A DNA stretch of 64,000 nucleotides, taken from Patescibacteria group bacterium. GTDB taxonomy: Bacteria; Patescibacteriota; Minisyncoccia; Phycocordibacterales; JBBTRF01. Within the stretch, counting starts at the first letter, position 1. Each line of letters opens with the position of its first letter. The translations under genes were made by a program, and so were the position numbers. The notes below the pieces were generated by a model, which saw nothing but the letters and a program-made list of their open reading frames with translations, was not told where the DNA came from and did not search any database. The stretch is taken from assembly GCA_038065315.1 (NCBI GenBank), contig JBBTRF010000001.1:464458-528457 (forward strand). Reading direction: 5' to 3'. Positions 48,556 through 57,262 of the stretch are shown piece by piece.

Positions 48556-50085
48556 ATGTCATTAAAACTCGCCGCCCTGGCCGCTAGCATGGCCAGCTTG
48601 ATCAGTATTGCGCTTGGATACTATCTCCGAGTGCTCATTTCACTTGGCAAAAAGGGCTCTGTGGAGCTCCAGCTCAAGCAGCTCCACCTCGAAGCTGAGG
48701 AAAAGTCGCAGAAAGTACTTGGCGATGCCGAAGCCAAGGCTGCCGACATTCTTCGAGACGTCCGCGCTTCATCGAAAGAGAAGGAGGAGTCCCTCAAAAA
48801 GACCGAGGAGCGTCTCAACAAGAAGGAAGACTTGCTAGACCGCCGACAGGGCGACCTCGACAAGGAAGTCGAGTCGATCAAGCAAAAAATTGTTGAAGTT
48901 CGCACTATGAAGGACAAAGTGGAGGTGATGGAGAAGCAAAAACTCTCGGAATTGGAGAAAATCGCGAAATTGAGTAGCGAAGATGCGCGAAATCAGATCA
49001 TTTCGAGTGTGGAGAAGGCCAATGAAGATGACTTGATGAGCCGCATGCGCAAGCTTGAGCAATTTGGCGAAGAAAAGCTCGAGGACAAGGCCAAGGAGAT
49101 CCTCGGCGCCTGTATCCAGCGACTCGCCGGTGCTGTACCAGTCGACATGATGTCCACCACCGTCACCATCCCATCCGACGAGGTGAAGGGCAAGATCATC
49201 GGCAAAGAAGGCCGCAATATCAAGGCTTTTGAGCGAATCACTGGTGTGGAACTCATTGTGGATGATGCCCCAGGAGCGATCATCGTCTCGTCTTTCGACC
49301 CAGTGCGCCGCCAAGTGGCCAAAATCGCCCTCGAACGCCTCGTGGCCGACGGCCGTATTCAGCCGGCAAAGATCGAAAAGGAGGTGGAGCAGGTGCAGAG
49401 CGAATTGAACAAGATTATTAAGGATAAGGGCGTGGAAGCGGCTCAGGAGGTGGGCGTGATCAATATCGACCCTCGAGTGCTCCAGATATTGGGCCGTTTG
49501 CACTTCCGCACCAGCTACGGACAGAATGTGCTGGCCCACTCGGTGGAAATGGCACATGTCGCCGGCATGATCGCTGAGGAAATCGGCGCTAATGTGGCTG
49601 TAGCCAAGGCTGGTGCCCTCCTCCATGACATCGGCAAGGCCCTCGACCACGAGGTGGAAGGCACCCACGTGGAGATTGGCCGCCGAATTTTGCAGAAATT
49701 CGGCGTGAGCGAGCAGATCGTAAAGGCAATGGAGGCGCATCACGAGGAATATCCGTATGAAACCGTGGAATCGCGCATTGTGCAGACGGCAGACGCTATT
49801 TCCGGCGGCCGACCAGGCGCGCGACGTGACAGTATCGAGAATTATTTGAAGCGATTGGGCGATTTGGAGGCGATTGCGACGTCATTTAAGGGCGTGGAGA
49901 AGGCGTACGCCCTCCAGGCGGGCCGAGAAATAAGGGTTTTTGTGACTCCAGCCGATATCAACGACCTCGAAGCCAAGCGGATCGCCCGCGAGATCGCTTT
50001 GCGCATCGAAAAAGAGCTTCGCTACCCTGGCGAGATCAAAATTACCGTGATTCGTGAGACGAGAGTGATCGAAGTGGCGCGCTAG
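48556..50085 (+). CDS. rny: Ribonuclease Y
   Basis: N-terminal TM, coiled coil, KH (IIGKEGRNI), HD (LLHDIGK), RPGARR. Confidence 0.97.
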   Translation: MSLKLAALAASMASLISIALGYYLRVLISLGKKGSVELQLKQLHLEAEEKSQKVLGDAEAKAADILRDVRASSKEKEESLKKTEERLNKKEDLLDRRQGDLDKEVESIKQKIVEVRTMKDKVEVMEKQKLSELEKIAKLSSEDARNQIISSVEKANEDDLMSRMRKLEQFGEEKLEDKAKEILGACIQRLAGAVPVDMMSTTVTIPSDEVKGKIIGKEGRNIKAFERITGVELIVDDAPGAIIVSSFDPVRRQVAKIALERLVADGRIQPAKIEKEVEQVQSELNKIIKDKGVEAAQEVGVINIDPRVLQILGRLHFRTSYGQNVLAHSVEMAHVAGMIAEEIGANVAVAKAGALLHDIGKALDHEVEGTHVEIGRRILQKFGVSEQIVKAMEAHHEEYPYETVESRIVQTADAISGGRPGARRDSIENYLKRLGDLEAIATSFKGVEKAYALQAGREIRVFVTPADINDLEAKRIAREIALRIEKELRYPGEIKITVIRETRVIEVAR

Positions 50086-50118
50086 GGCTAAAAAGCAACA
50101 CCCTCGGTTCTGTCTACT

Positions 50119-51156
50119 CTACCTATCGACTCTGTCGATCATGAATTTCACGTTCTCGTTCATGTCGACGGGAATAATTGAGATCTCTGGATGCTTTTTT
50201 CGGAACACTCGGAAGATTTCGTCCGCAAATGCCTGGCCGATTGTCTCCACCTTTGTGAAGTCAAGAGTAATCGAACGGAAATTATCCAGGCCGACAAGTA
50301 TCCTTCTGGCTTGTGACCTTGAGATATAGATCCCCTCTCTCGTGTACAGCTTTACCTTTACATCAGTCTTGTCGAATCCAAAATCACTACTCTCCCCCAT
50401 ATCCGAATACTTCTTGAACACATCGATAGTTTCTTTTTTTGAATCTAGCGAAACAGAGAAGCTTACCCTTGTCCCACTTTTACTTCTCTTGGGCTTTTTT
50501 AGGAAAATATCGTCGATCTTGTTGTTTACGATGAGCTGTTGAGAAAAACTCTCTAAATTAAAAATGTCTCCCATTTTCGAAGTAAAGAAAATGCCTTGCC
50601 CAGAATGATTTTCCGGAGCTGTCGTGGTTTTTCCCTTCAAAATATCCTGAATTGCCTCCAACTCAGAGTTTAGCTTCTTTACTTTCATGACATTACGAAA
50701 AACTCCTACGCCAGCGTCGGAAATAACAAATCGAAGCTCTCCATCCGCAACGGAAACCATCACCTCGATTGAATCAGTCTGCGAGTGCTCAATGGCATTG
50801 TTCATCATTTCCAAGAAACCGTAGCGCAATATCTGCAAAATATTCTTTGGCAGGGTTTTTATCCTCGGAAGTTTTTGCTCGATCTCATCCAAGACCGAAC
50901 CCTCCTCTAGGTCTTTATTTTTATAGACTTTCTTAAAAAAAGTCGGGTACACCTCGGAATGATCCTGAGCATACTCCGTCAAGATATAGGACGCCTTCTT
51001 CGTAGATCCAATTTTAACCAAAACACCCTGCTTCAATAAGTCTTTAACCAACAGAAAGGCAGTTTGCCTCGAAACAGCCAACAGCGTAGCGATATCAGCC
51101 GTTTTAAACTGTTTTTTATCCCTGATATGGCTTAAAATAAGGTTTTTATTTGACAT
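50119..51156 (-). CDS. wHTH + HATPase + STAS-like (DUF4325) protein
   Basis: VSRQTA HTH; EMMNNAIEHS, DAGVG, HSGQGIFF; SRSQARR...IGQAFADEIFR. Confidence 0.85.
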   Translation of the reverse strand: MSNKNLILSHIRDKKQFKTADIATLLAVSRQTAFLLVKDLLKQGVLVKIGSTKKASYILTEYAQDHSEVYPTFFKKVYKNKDLEEGSVLDEIEQKLPRIKTLPKNILQILRYGFLEMMNNAIEHSQTDSIEVMVSVADGELRFVISDAGVGVFRNVMKVKKLNSELEAIQDILKGKTTTAPENHSGQGIFFTSKMGDIFNLESFSQQLIVNNKIDDIFLKKPKRSKSGTRVSFSVSLDSKKETIDVFKKYSDMGESSDFGFDKTDVKVKLYTREGIYISRSQARRILVGLDNFRSITLDFTKVETIGQAFADEIFRVFRKKHPEISIIPVDMNENVKFMIDRVDR

Positions 51157-51173
51157 AATTTGATTACATATCA

Positions 51174-51245
51174 ATTGTAAACCCACTACAATTAATTGTC
51201 AAGTGATTGTAAACTTCCCAAATATAATTGTAAAGTAATTGTAAA
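51174..51245. promoter_or_regulatory. Phased ATTGT(A/C)AA direct-repeat array
   Basis: Copies start at 51174, 51195, 51206, 51227, 51238 (spacing 21/11/21/11). Confidence 0.7.
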
Positions 51246-51467
51246 AACTAGTAAACTGGCCTCTTGGCAAGGATATGGCCGCCCAGGATTTGACATGCTA
51301 ATGCTTTTTCGTTGTAAACATCTGCGGGTTGCGTAAAAAATGGCCTACTATATAATTATCTTAGGTTAAACCAATTCCTTGTGAAAGCGAGTTGGAAAAT
51401 AAGTTGAGAATAAAAGCAGCGACAGCAGAAGTTCGGAGAATGTTTTTTATTTGTAATTTTCATTCCT

Positions 51468-51740
51468 ATGAATAAAGCATCAATTGTCGACGCGATTCAC
51501 GCGAAGATTGGAGGCACCAAGGTCCAGGCTGAGCAAGCTATGGATGTCGTGGTGGAATCCATCGTGAACACCATGAAGGGTGGCAACGAAGTATCTATCG
51601 CAGGCATCGGCATATTCTCAGTGAAGGCGCGAGCAGCGCGAGACGCACGAAACCCTCGAACCGGCGAGACTATCAAGGTCCCGGCGATGAAGGTTCCAAA
51701 GTTCCGAGCCGCAAAGGCGCTGAAGGACGCGGTGAGATAA
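51468..51740 (+). CDS. hup: DNA-binding protein HU
   Basis: MNKASIVD...GIGIF...RNPRTGETI...PKFRAAKALKDAV. Confidence 0.97.
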   Translation: MNKASIVDAIHAKIGGTKVQAEQAMDVVVESIVNTMKGGNEVSIAGIGIFSVKARAARDARNPRTGETIKVPAMKVPKFRAAKALKDAVR

Positions 51741-51796
51741 TCCGCCTCAGCCCAAGTCGTCGGTACCCTCCACAAGTACAGACATCTCTTCTCGAG

Positions 51797-51828
51797 AAGC
51801 AAAAACCGCCCAAGGGCGGTTTTTGCTT
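51797..51828 (+). terminator. Terminator after hup
   Basis: AAGCAAAAACCGCC-CAAG-GGCGGTTTTTGCTT. Confidence 0.8.
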
Positions 51829-51849
51829 TGCTATAAAATTTGAAGCATT

Positions 51850-51872
51850 AAAAAAAGCGCTGGTGAGGCGCT
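51850..51872 (-). terminator. Terminator closing the hammerhead operon
   Basis: Minus strand AGCGC-CTCACCA-GCGCT followed by a T-run. Confidence 0.6.
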
Positions 51873-51905
51873 CGGTTGAGTATTTTACTAGCCTCCACTA
51901 GTTGA

Positions 51906-52130
51906 CTAAAACCACCTCGATTCACTTGAGGCAATAGCCCCGTCAGGAATGTCTAGGATCTCCCTGATCCACCGGACCTGCTGGGATCCAACACCTCGAC
52001 AGGCTTTAATTTCTGCAAAGGTCACCTTGCCTTCGAGAATGAGCCGCCGGAGAGCTTGGAGTTTCTTCTCCCCCGGCTTCATATCTGCTGCGTGCACTTC
52101 CAAGATTTTCTCGACGATATTAGGGTTCAT
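51906..52130 (-). CDS. Small hypothetical protein, possible helix-hairpin-helix
   Basis: EIKACRGVGSQQVRWI resembles hGhG HhH motifs; starts 3 nt after the upstream ORF stop. Confidence 0.6.
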   Translation of the reverse strand: MNPNIVEKILEVHAADMKPGEKKLQALRRLILEGKVTFAEIKACRGVGSQQVRWIREILDIPDGAIASSESRWF

Positions 52131-52133
52131 GAA

Positions 52134-52682
52134 TCACAGGTAGAGGATGGCGTGTTTGCAGCCGAGCAAATCCCCGCAAGGAATAATCTTTTCCCCAACG
52201 AGAAAGTTTTTGAGCCCGCGTTCCCGCATGAACTCAATAACCTCCCGGCCAGGCAGACTCCCCATGAGAAACGGGGTGTTTGCAGGAATGACCCTGCCGC
52301 CAAATTGCACGACCCCACCATACTGCCAGCGGCGAGCCTTGATCCTGCAGCTCTCTTGACCCGGCATCCAGCCATACACCCCGGCACAGTGTGCGAGGTT
52401 TTTAGCTTCAGAAGATACCTTCTTCAGAGCAGTGCGTTTCTCGAGCACCTCTTTGGCAACCACTCGATTGATTCCTGCCCTAGCCACGAGAGCATAGGCC
52501 TGGCTCTTCCCGAAGCCGACGAGGTTCATCACACCAGCAATGCCGCTAGAACGGTAAACCCGCTCGAGTTCGCCACTATGGATGAAGTGGTCGTGACTGC
52601 TCGAGCTACGCACACCCTCATCGAAACGAGCACGACCACGAGGTGTCGAAACCGAGCCGCTCCAACATGCGAGAGTTTTCAT
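52134..52682 (-). CDS. Hypothetical protein with possible HTH
   Basis: IAGVMNLVGFGKSQAYALV HTH-like segment; starts ~40 nt downstream of hammerhead 2. Confidence 0.6.
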   Translation of the reverse strand: MKTLACWSGSVSTPRGRARFDEGVRSSSSHDHFIHSGELERVYRSSGIAGVMNLVGFGKSQAYALVARAGINRVVAKEVLEKRTALKKVSSEAKNLAHCAGVYGWMPGQESCRIKARRWQYGGVVQFGGRVIPANTPFLMGSLPGREVIEFMRERGLKNFLVGEKIIPCGDLLGCKHAILYL

Positions 52683-52724
52683 TGTGTATCTTTCTACCGG
52701 TTATTCCGGCTTGTCAAAAAGCAT

Positions 52725-52798
52725 TCTGTTTCATCCTTCACCCGATCGCCACACAGCATTCGAGGGACTCATCAGTCGAGATTTAATCTCGAGACAGA
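52725..52798 (-). ncRNA. Type III hammerhead ribozyme (HHR2), predicted cleavage after GUC at 52793
   Basis: UCUGU-C | UCGAGAU-UAA-AUCUCGA | CUGAUGA | GUCC...GGAU | GAA-ACAGA: full core and three stems. Confidence 0.9.
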
Positions 52799-53044
52799 GA
52801 CCTGGACGACACGGAGAAGTGGATAAGAAGATTTTAACAGTACCGTCCACGGTACCACCCCCTATGCGAAGCAATTAGGTAATCTTTTGCTTATCTTTTT
52901 CTCCGTGTCATACCAGGGATACGACCAAGGTCCGTAGAGATATCAACCTCCACAAGACGATTCTTTTGGGTTTGGGAGCCCTTGTTACGAAACAAGAATC
53001 AAACGGGTTGTTTTCAGATACAACCAAACTCAAATCCAAAGCAT

Positions 53045-53095
53045 TCTGTTTCGTCGTTTCCGACTCATCAGGCGAAGCACACACTTCGCAACAGA
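53045..53095 (-). ncRNA. Type III hammerhead ribozyme (HHR1), predicted cleavage after GUU at 53090
   Basis: UCUGU-U | GCGAAG-UGUGUG-CUUCGC | CUGAUGA | GUCG-GAAA-CGAC | GAA-ACAGA. Confidence 0.92.
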
Positions 53096-53149
53096 CCCAG
53101 TCACTCACTGGGCAGAGGGAAGTTTTTAATGGTCTTCCAACCTCACGAT

Positions 53150-53533
53150 TCACACCGTGACCGAGAACAGCGCAAAGCTGAACTTCGCACCGTCAATTTC
53201 GGCCTGGGTATATTCGTGGCGACCTTCGAGCCGCGGCAAGCCACTCACCGCAAGGACGATCAGATCATCACCACCTTCGAGTGAGACAGTCGGTGCCTTG
53301 GCGGGAATTTCCACCTTCAACCCGAACCGTGACTCCATCACCGCGATTGTGGCCGTGTGGGACGGATTGAGGCAGGACACCACACCCGCCGCGAGCATCC
53401 CACGGACCTGCTCCAGCGTAAGCTGACGCTTACAGATGTTACAGAAGTCCGGGAACATGCTCGGGGCGATTCCGAAACCGAAATACGTTTTGCTCATAAC
53501 TGGATGGTTTTCTGGGGTGTATGGTTTTGGCAC
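53150..53533 (-). CDS. DUF1874 (STIV B116/AcrIII-1/Crn2)-like protein
   Basis: By-eye colinear similarity: Y....SM, VVS..PSHTATI, V.LEGGD.L.V, PRLEG...T.AEI...F.F; start may be ATG 53497. Confidence 0.65.
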   Translation of the reverse strand: MPKPYTPENHPVMSKTYFGFGIAPSMFPDFCNICKRQLTLEQVRGMLAAGVVSCLNPSHTATIAVMESRFGLKVEIPAKAPTVSLEGGDDLIVLAVSGLPRLEGRHEYTQAEIDGAKFSFALFSVTV

Positions 53534-53594
53534 ACCTACCTAAGCCGTTTCAAAGACTGACAGTAAGGTCACTTGCCCTGCTGTCCTGTTTGTA

Positions 53595-53622
53595 ATCATA
53601 GCACAGTAAATCTGTTTGTCAA
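53595..53622 (-). promoter_or_regulatory. sigma70 promoter driving the DUF1874-hammerhead operon
   Basis: TTGACA (53622-53617), 16 nt, TG-n-TATGAT (53600-53595). Confidence 0.75.
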
Positions 53623-53713
53623 TCAAAATGCGGTAAATACCCTTAGAAAATCACCTATTTGTAAGGATATTCTAAAGTAGGCTTGATTTTATAGCTAAAT
53701 ATGTTACGATAGT

Positions 53714-54487
53714 GTGACAAACATGATATCAAAAAATATACTATCAGATGCTGGTCTTACAAATGAACAGTCTGTCGTTTATCTCTACCTTCTGGAAACC
53801 GGTTTTTCAACCGCCAAACATCTGGCTCAAAAGGCGGGAATCGGGCGGGCATTGACCTATAAAGTCCTCAAACAACTCGTTGACCTAAATTTAGTAGAGA
53901 AACGAGATGATATTGGCAAGATATCGAAGTTCTTCCCAAAGCACCCCAAGGTGATAAAGGAGCTACTTCACAGCAAAAAGGCCGAGCTAGATCGAGCTTC
54001 GGACACTTTGGGTCAGGTTTTTGGTGAATTGACCTCTGACTTCAACCTTCTGCTAGGGAAACCGAATGTTCAGTTCTTTGAGGGTCATGACGGCATCAAA
54101 AAAGTGTACGCTGATATTCTCGAGACAAATAAAGACATCAGCGTGATCAGTTCTGCTTCAGACAAGGGAGAGACGCTGCATTTGATCCGCGAGCAGATCA
54201 AAAAACAGGTGGCTCAAAACATCCGAACACGAGCCATCACCCCCATTGGTCATGAACATGAGCTATCCCACTCCCCAGAAGATGACGCGAAGCTCCTCGT
54301 GGAACGCAAAAAGGTCTCGGCAGAAAAATTAAATATCCCTGCGCAGATCATCATGTATGAAAACAAAGTAGCCATAACAAACTTCAAGGAGGAGTTTATC
54401 ACGGTAGTCATCGAGAGTGCCTACATATATCAGACGATGCAAACTCTATTTGACTACGTATGGAATCATACGGCGGAGAAGAGCTAG
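53714..54487 (+). CDS. TrmB-family transcriptional regulator
   Basis: GLTNEQSVVYLYLL...RALTYKVLKQL wHTH; PNVQFFEG; IIMYENKVAI. Confidence 0.85.
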   Translation: MTNMISKNILSDAGLTNEQSVVYLYLLETGFSTAKHLAQKAGIGRALTYKVLKQLVDLNLVEKRDDIGKISKFFPKHPKVIKELLHSKKAELDRASDTLGQVFGELTSDFNLLLGKPNVQFFEGHDGIKKVYADILETNKDISVISSASDKGETLHLIREQIKKQVAQNIRTRAITPIGHEHELSHSPEDDAKLLVERKKVSAEKLNIPAQIIMYENKVAITNFKEEFITVVIESAYIYQTMQTLFDYVWNHTAEKS

Positions 54488-55710
54488 GAGGTTTTAATCT
54501 TTCTTAATATCACAAGGCCGATGACGATAAGAACCATGAGAGAAAGCATTCCTGTTTGATAGCCGCGCGCGCCTTCGCCCATAGTGATGAGAGCGATGCT
54601 CCACACTGCAGGACCGACGAAAGTCGCAAAACGTTCAGCGACCACATAGTAACTAAAAGAAGACGCCACAAGATGCGTCGGCGCAAGCTCCCCCACCAAG
54701 GCGCGACTGATGCCCCACACTGGTCCATACAATATTCCGGCAAACAAAAAGACTGGGATCAGAGCCTTGAAACTCGTGATGAGGGCCATTGCTAAGAAAA
54801 TAAAACACCAAATGACGAGGATCCATTTCAATACCTTGAGCTTTCCTTTCTTGTCAGCGATCCTGCCGAAGACAACTGCACCAATAGCAGCGAGAATGAG
54901 GATACTTGCTGTGAGGAGAGATTTTGTCGTGTCGCTAGCGCCATGAACCATTTCCAGATATAGAGGAAAATTATTGGCAAAGGTCAGCATCGCATCACTG
55001 AAGAGGAAGTAAGCGAGCAGAAGGAACATAAGCGGCTTGTAGCTGAACACCTCCTTGCACAAGGAGAGGATACTTGGTTGTGGTCTAGCCTGATCCGTGG
55101 CTGGAGATACTTGAGAAGTCTCTTTTTCCTCTCGATACAGAAACAACATCGGCAGTGCAAGCAAGCCGAAGAGGATAGTCGCCGGAAACAGCGCCTGAGC
55201 ACGGCCAGGGTCACCAAAGAGCGTCAGACCGTTCACGAAAGGAAGGGTTACGAGCACTCCGACCACTAGACCAATCGAGTTGGCTCCCTGGCCGATACCA
55301 GATACCTGCGAACGGTTCCCTTCATTCGAAAGGTCATTTAGCATCGGTGTGAAGTAGGAAAAGCAGACCATGTAGGCATAGTTCGCGAGTGTATACAAGA
55401 CGGTGGCTAGAAGTTCTCGACCATCGGTGAGCATCGTTAGCAAAGAAACAACGATGAAGCCTGCAAAAGAAAGTGCTGTCCACCATCGAAGGCCCTTTAT
55501 TTTAACCTTGGTCGCATCAATCGCCCTGCTGATGACCGGTGCTGTGAGAATAAAAAGCCCTGAAGAAAGCGCGAGGGATAAGTTGTACCACCACGCAGGT
55601 TTCCCTTGATCAATCACGAGCCATTGCGAGAAATAGAAGAGGAACGCCATCAAGACGATGGAATTTGCGAAATCGTAGAGAGACCAGAGAAAAATGCGTT
55701 TCTTGTCCAT
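54484..55710 (-). CDS. MFS transporter (UMF1/Atg22-like)
   Basis: WSLYDFANS motif, ~12 TM, GRIADKKG. Confidence 0.88.
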   Translation of the reverse strand: MDKKRIFLWSLYDFANSIVLMAFLFYFSQWLVIDQGKPAWWYNLSLALSSGLFILTAPVISRAIDATKVKIKGLRWWTALSFAGFIVVSLLTMLTDGRELLATVLYTLANYAYMVCFSYFTPMLNDLSNEGNRSQVSGIGQGANSIGLVVGVLVTLPFVNGLTLFGDPGRAQALFPATILFGLLALPMLFLYREEKETSQVSPATDQARPQPSILSLCKEVFSYKPLMFLLLAYFLFSDAMLTFANNFPLYLEMVHGASDTTKSLLTASILILAAIGAVVFGRIADKKGKLKVLKWILVIWCFIFLAMALITSFKALIPVFLFAGILYGPVWGISRALVGELAPTHLVASSFSYYVVAERFATFVGPAVWSIALITMGEGARGYQTGMLSLMVLIVIGLVILRKIKTS

Positions 55711-55761
55711 ACATCAATATTAGCGCACATACTAGACTTTGGAAACATCTACTGCTGTGAG

Positions 55762-55835
55762 TGGTGCGGGATGGGGGAATCGAACTCCCGACAACAGTTT
55801 GGAAAACTGTAGTTTTACCACTAAACTAATCCCGC
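55762..55835 (-). tRNA. tRNA-Gly(TCC), CCA encoded
   Basis: GCGGGAT...ACAGT-TTTCCAA-ACTGT...GTTCGATTC...ATCCCGCACCA. Confidence 0.95.
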
Positions 55836-55927
55836 ATATACTGCGTGCTTTCTAAACGAATCGCGAACCGACCCTGATACTAGCAAAAAAAGAGGCGCAT
55901 GAAAAGGAGGTAGGATATAATGTCCCA

Positions 55928-57226
55928 ATGGAAGCTTTTATCGATCAGGCGGCCAAAGTGATCATGTCTCTCGTCTTCGGTGTGGTTACATTTGTCCAAA
56001 CGACGTTACCGATGGCAACCAGCACTCATCCCCCCTACCAACCAAAGACGCCGGCTGCGGTGGTGAAGGAAATGGAGAAGGCGACCACGACGACCGTCGT
56101 GAAAGCCGACACTGTTGTCGAAATTGTCGAGATCGCCGAACCTGTCGCGACATCGACAGAAACCATCGTCCCAAAAACTCACGAGACTGTCGTTGTTCCT
56201 GCGCCCACAGCTCCAAAACCTGCGGCGAAACCTGCAACACCGCCGAAGCCGACACCAGTAGTAACGCCTGCAGTCGTAGCGACTCCACCAAAAAACACCG
56301 CTCTCACCGATTCGGCAATAACCGCCCTCGCCACCACTTCGCTGAAAGCTGGCCCACTCACCTTCGACGACATCAACACCCTCACCCGCGAGGCGCTCGT
56401 AAATATTCTCTGCTACACGCAAACGAGCGGACCGATCAGTCCGATCACCGGCTCCGGTGTCATCATCGACCCGCGCGGTGTGATCCTCACCAACGCGCAC
56501 ATTGCGCAGTATTTTTTACTGAAAGATTATGGAATGAAAGACTACGTCTCTTGCAATATCCGCACCGGCAATCCGGCAGTGCCGAAATACAAAGCCACCC
56601 TTTTGTACATTTCGCCGCGCTGGGTGAAAAACAATTCTGACAACATCAAGCGGCAGGAGGCCAAGGGCACCGGCGAGGACGATTTTGCTTTCCTCATCAT
56701 CGACCGAGGTCTCAATGCCGAGCAGAAACTTCCCTCCTCCTTCCCCTACCTCCCCATTGATAGCATCGAACATGACTACGCCAACGAGTCGGTACTAGTG
56801 GCCGGATACGGAGCGGGCTTTTTGGGCGGTGAAGAAATCCAGCGCAACTTATACGGCATCTCTGCGATCGCGACAGTGAAGGAGATGCTCAGCTACAGCG
56901 GCAGCACCCTCGACTATCTCAATATCAACGGCAATGCCGTGGCGCAACGCGGCTCTTCCGGTGGCGCGGTGGTAGACAGCAAGGGCGCGCTGGTGGGAGT
57001 GATCAGCACTGTGTCTTCTGGCACGCAGACAGACACGCGCGAGCTTGGCAGCATCGGCCTTTCGCACATCAATGACAGTTTGTTGAAACAATCCGGCTCG
57101 GACATCCCATCATTTTTGAATACCAACCTCACAGAAAAAGCCGCGCAATTCAACTCGCTCATCGCACCGACACTGGTTAACGTCCTGTTAAAATCAATTG
57201 GCAGCGACACACCGGCGAGGTACTAG
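55928..57226 (+). CDS. Trypsin-like serine protease with Pro/Thr-rich stalk
   Basis: GSGVII, LTNAH, DFAFL, GSSGGA catalytic triad motifs. Confidence 0.88.
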   Translation: MEAFIDQAAKVIMSLVFGVVTFVQTTLPMATSTHPPYQPKTPAAVVKEMEKATTTTVVKADTVVEIVEIAEPVATSTETIVPKTHETVVVPAPTAPKPAAKPATPPKPTPVVTPAVVATPPKNTALTDSAITALATTSLKAGPLTFDDINTLTREALVNILCYTQTSGPISPITGSGVIIDPRGVILTNAHIAQYFLLKDYGMKDYVSCNIRTGNPAVPKYKATLLYISPRWVKNNSDNIKRQEAKGTGEDDFAFLIIDRGLNAEQKLPSSFPYLPIDSIEHDYANESVLVAGYGAGFLGGEEIQRNLYGISAIATVKEMLSYSGSTLDYLNINGNAVAQRGSSGGAVVDSKGALVGVISTVSSGTQTDTRELGSIGLSHINDSLLKQSGSDIPSFLNTNLTEKAAQFNSLIAPTLVNVLLKSIGSDTPARY

Positions 57227-57262
57227 CAAAAGCCCGCGAAGTGTAGGACGAAATCGTGCCGG

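Noticed and set aside
33948-49743. Long antisense ORFs (33948-35015, 40749-41660, 42831-43649, 48835-49743)
   Set aside because: Shadows of recJ, pilB, nusA and rny caused by codon bias.
52908-53153. 81-aa minus-strand ORF overlapping the DUF1874-like stop
   Set aside because: Runs through hammerhead 1 and the structured spacer; self-cleavage would cut it, and it shows no protein motif.
51860-55835. Prophage or integrative element at tRNA-Gly
   Set aside because: No integrase, phage structural genes or duplicated tRNA 3' end found.
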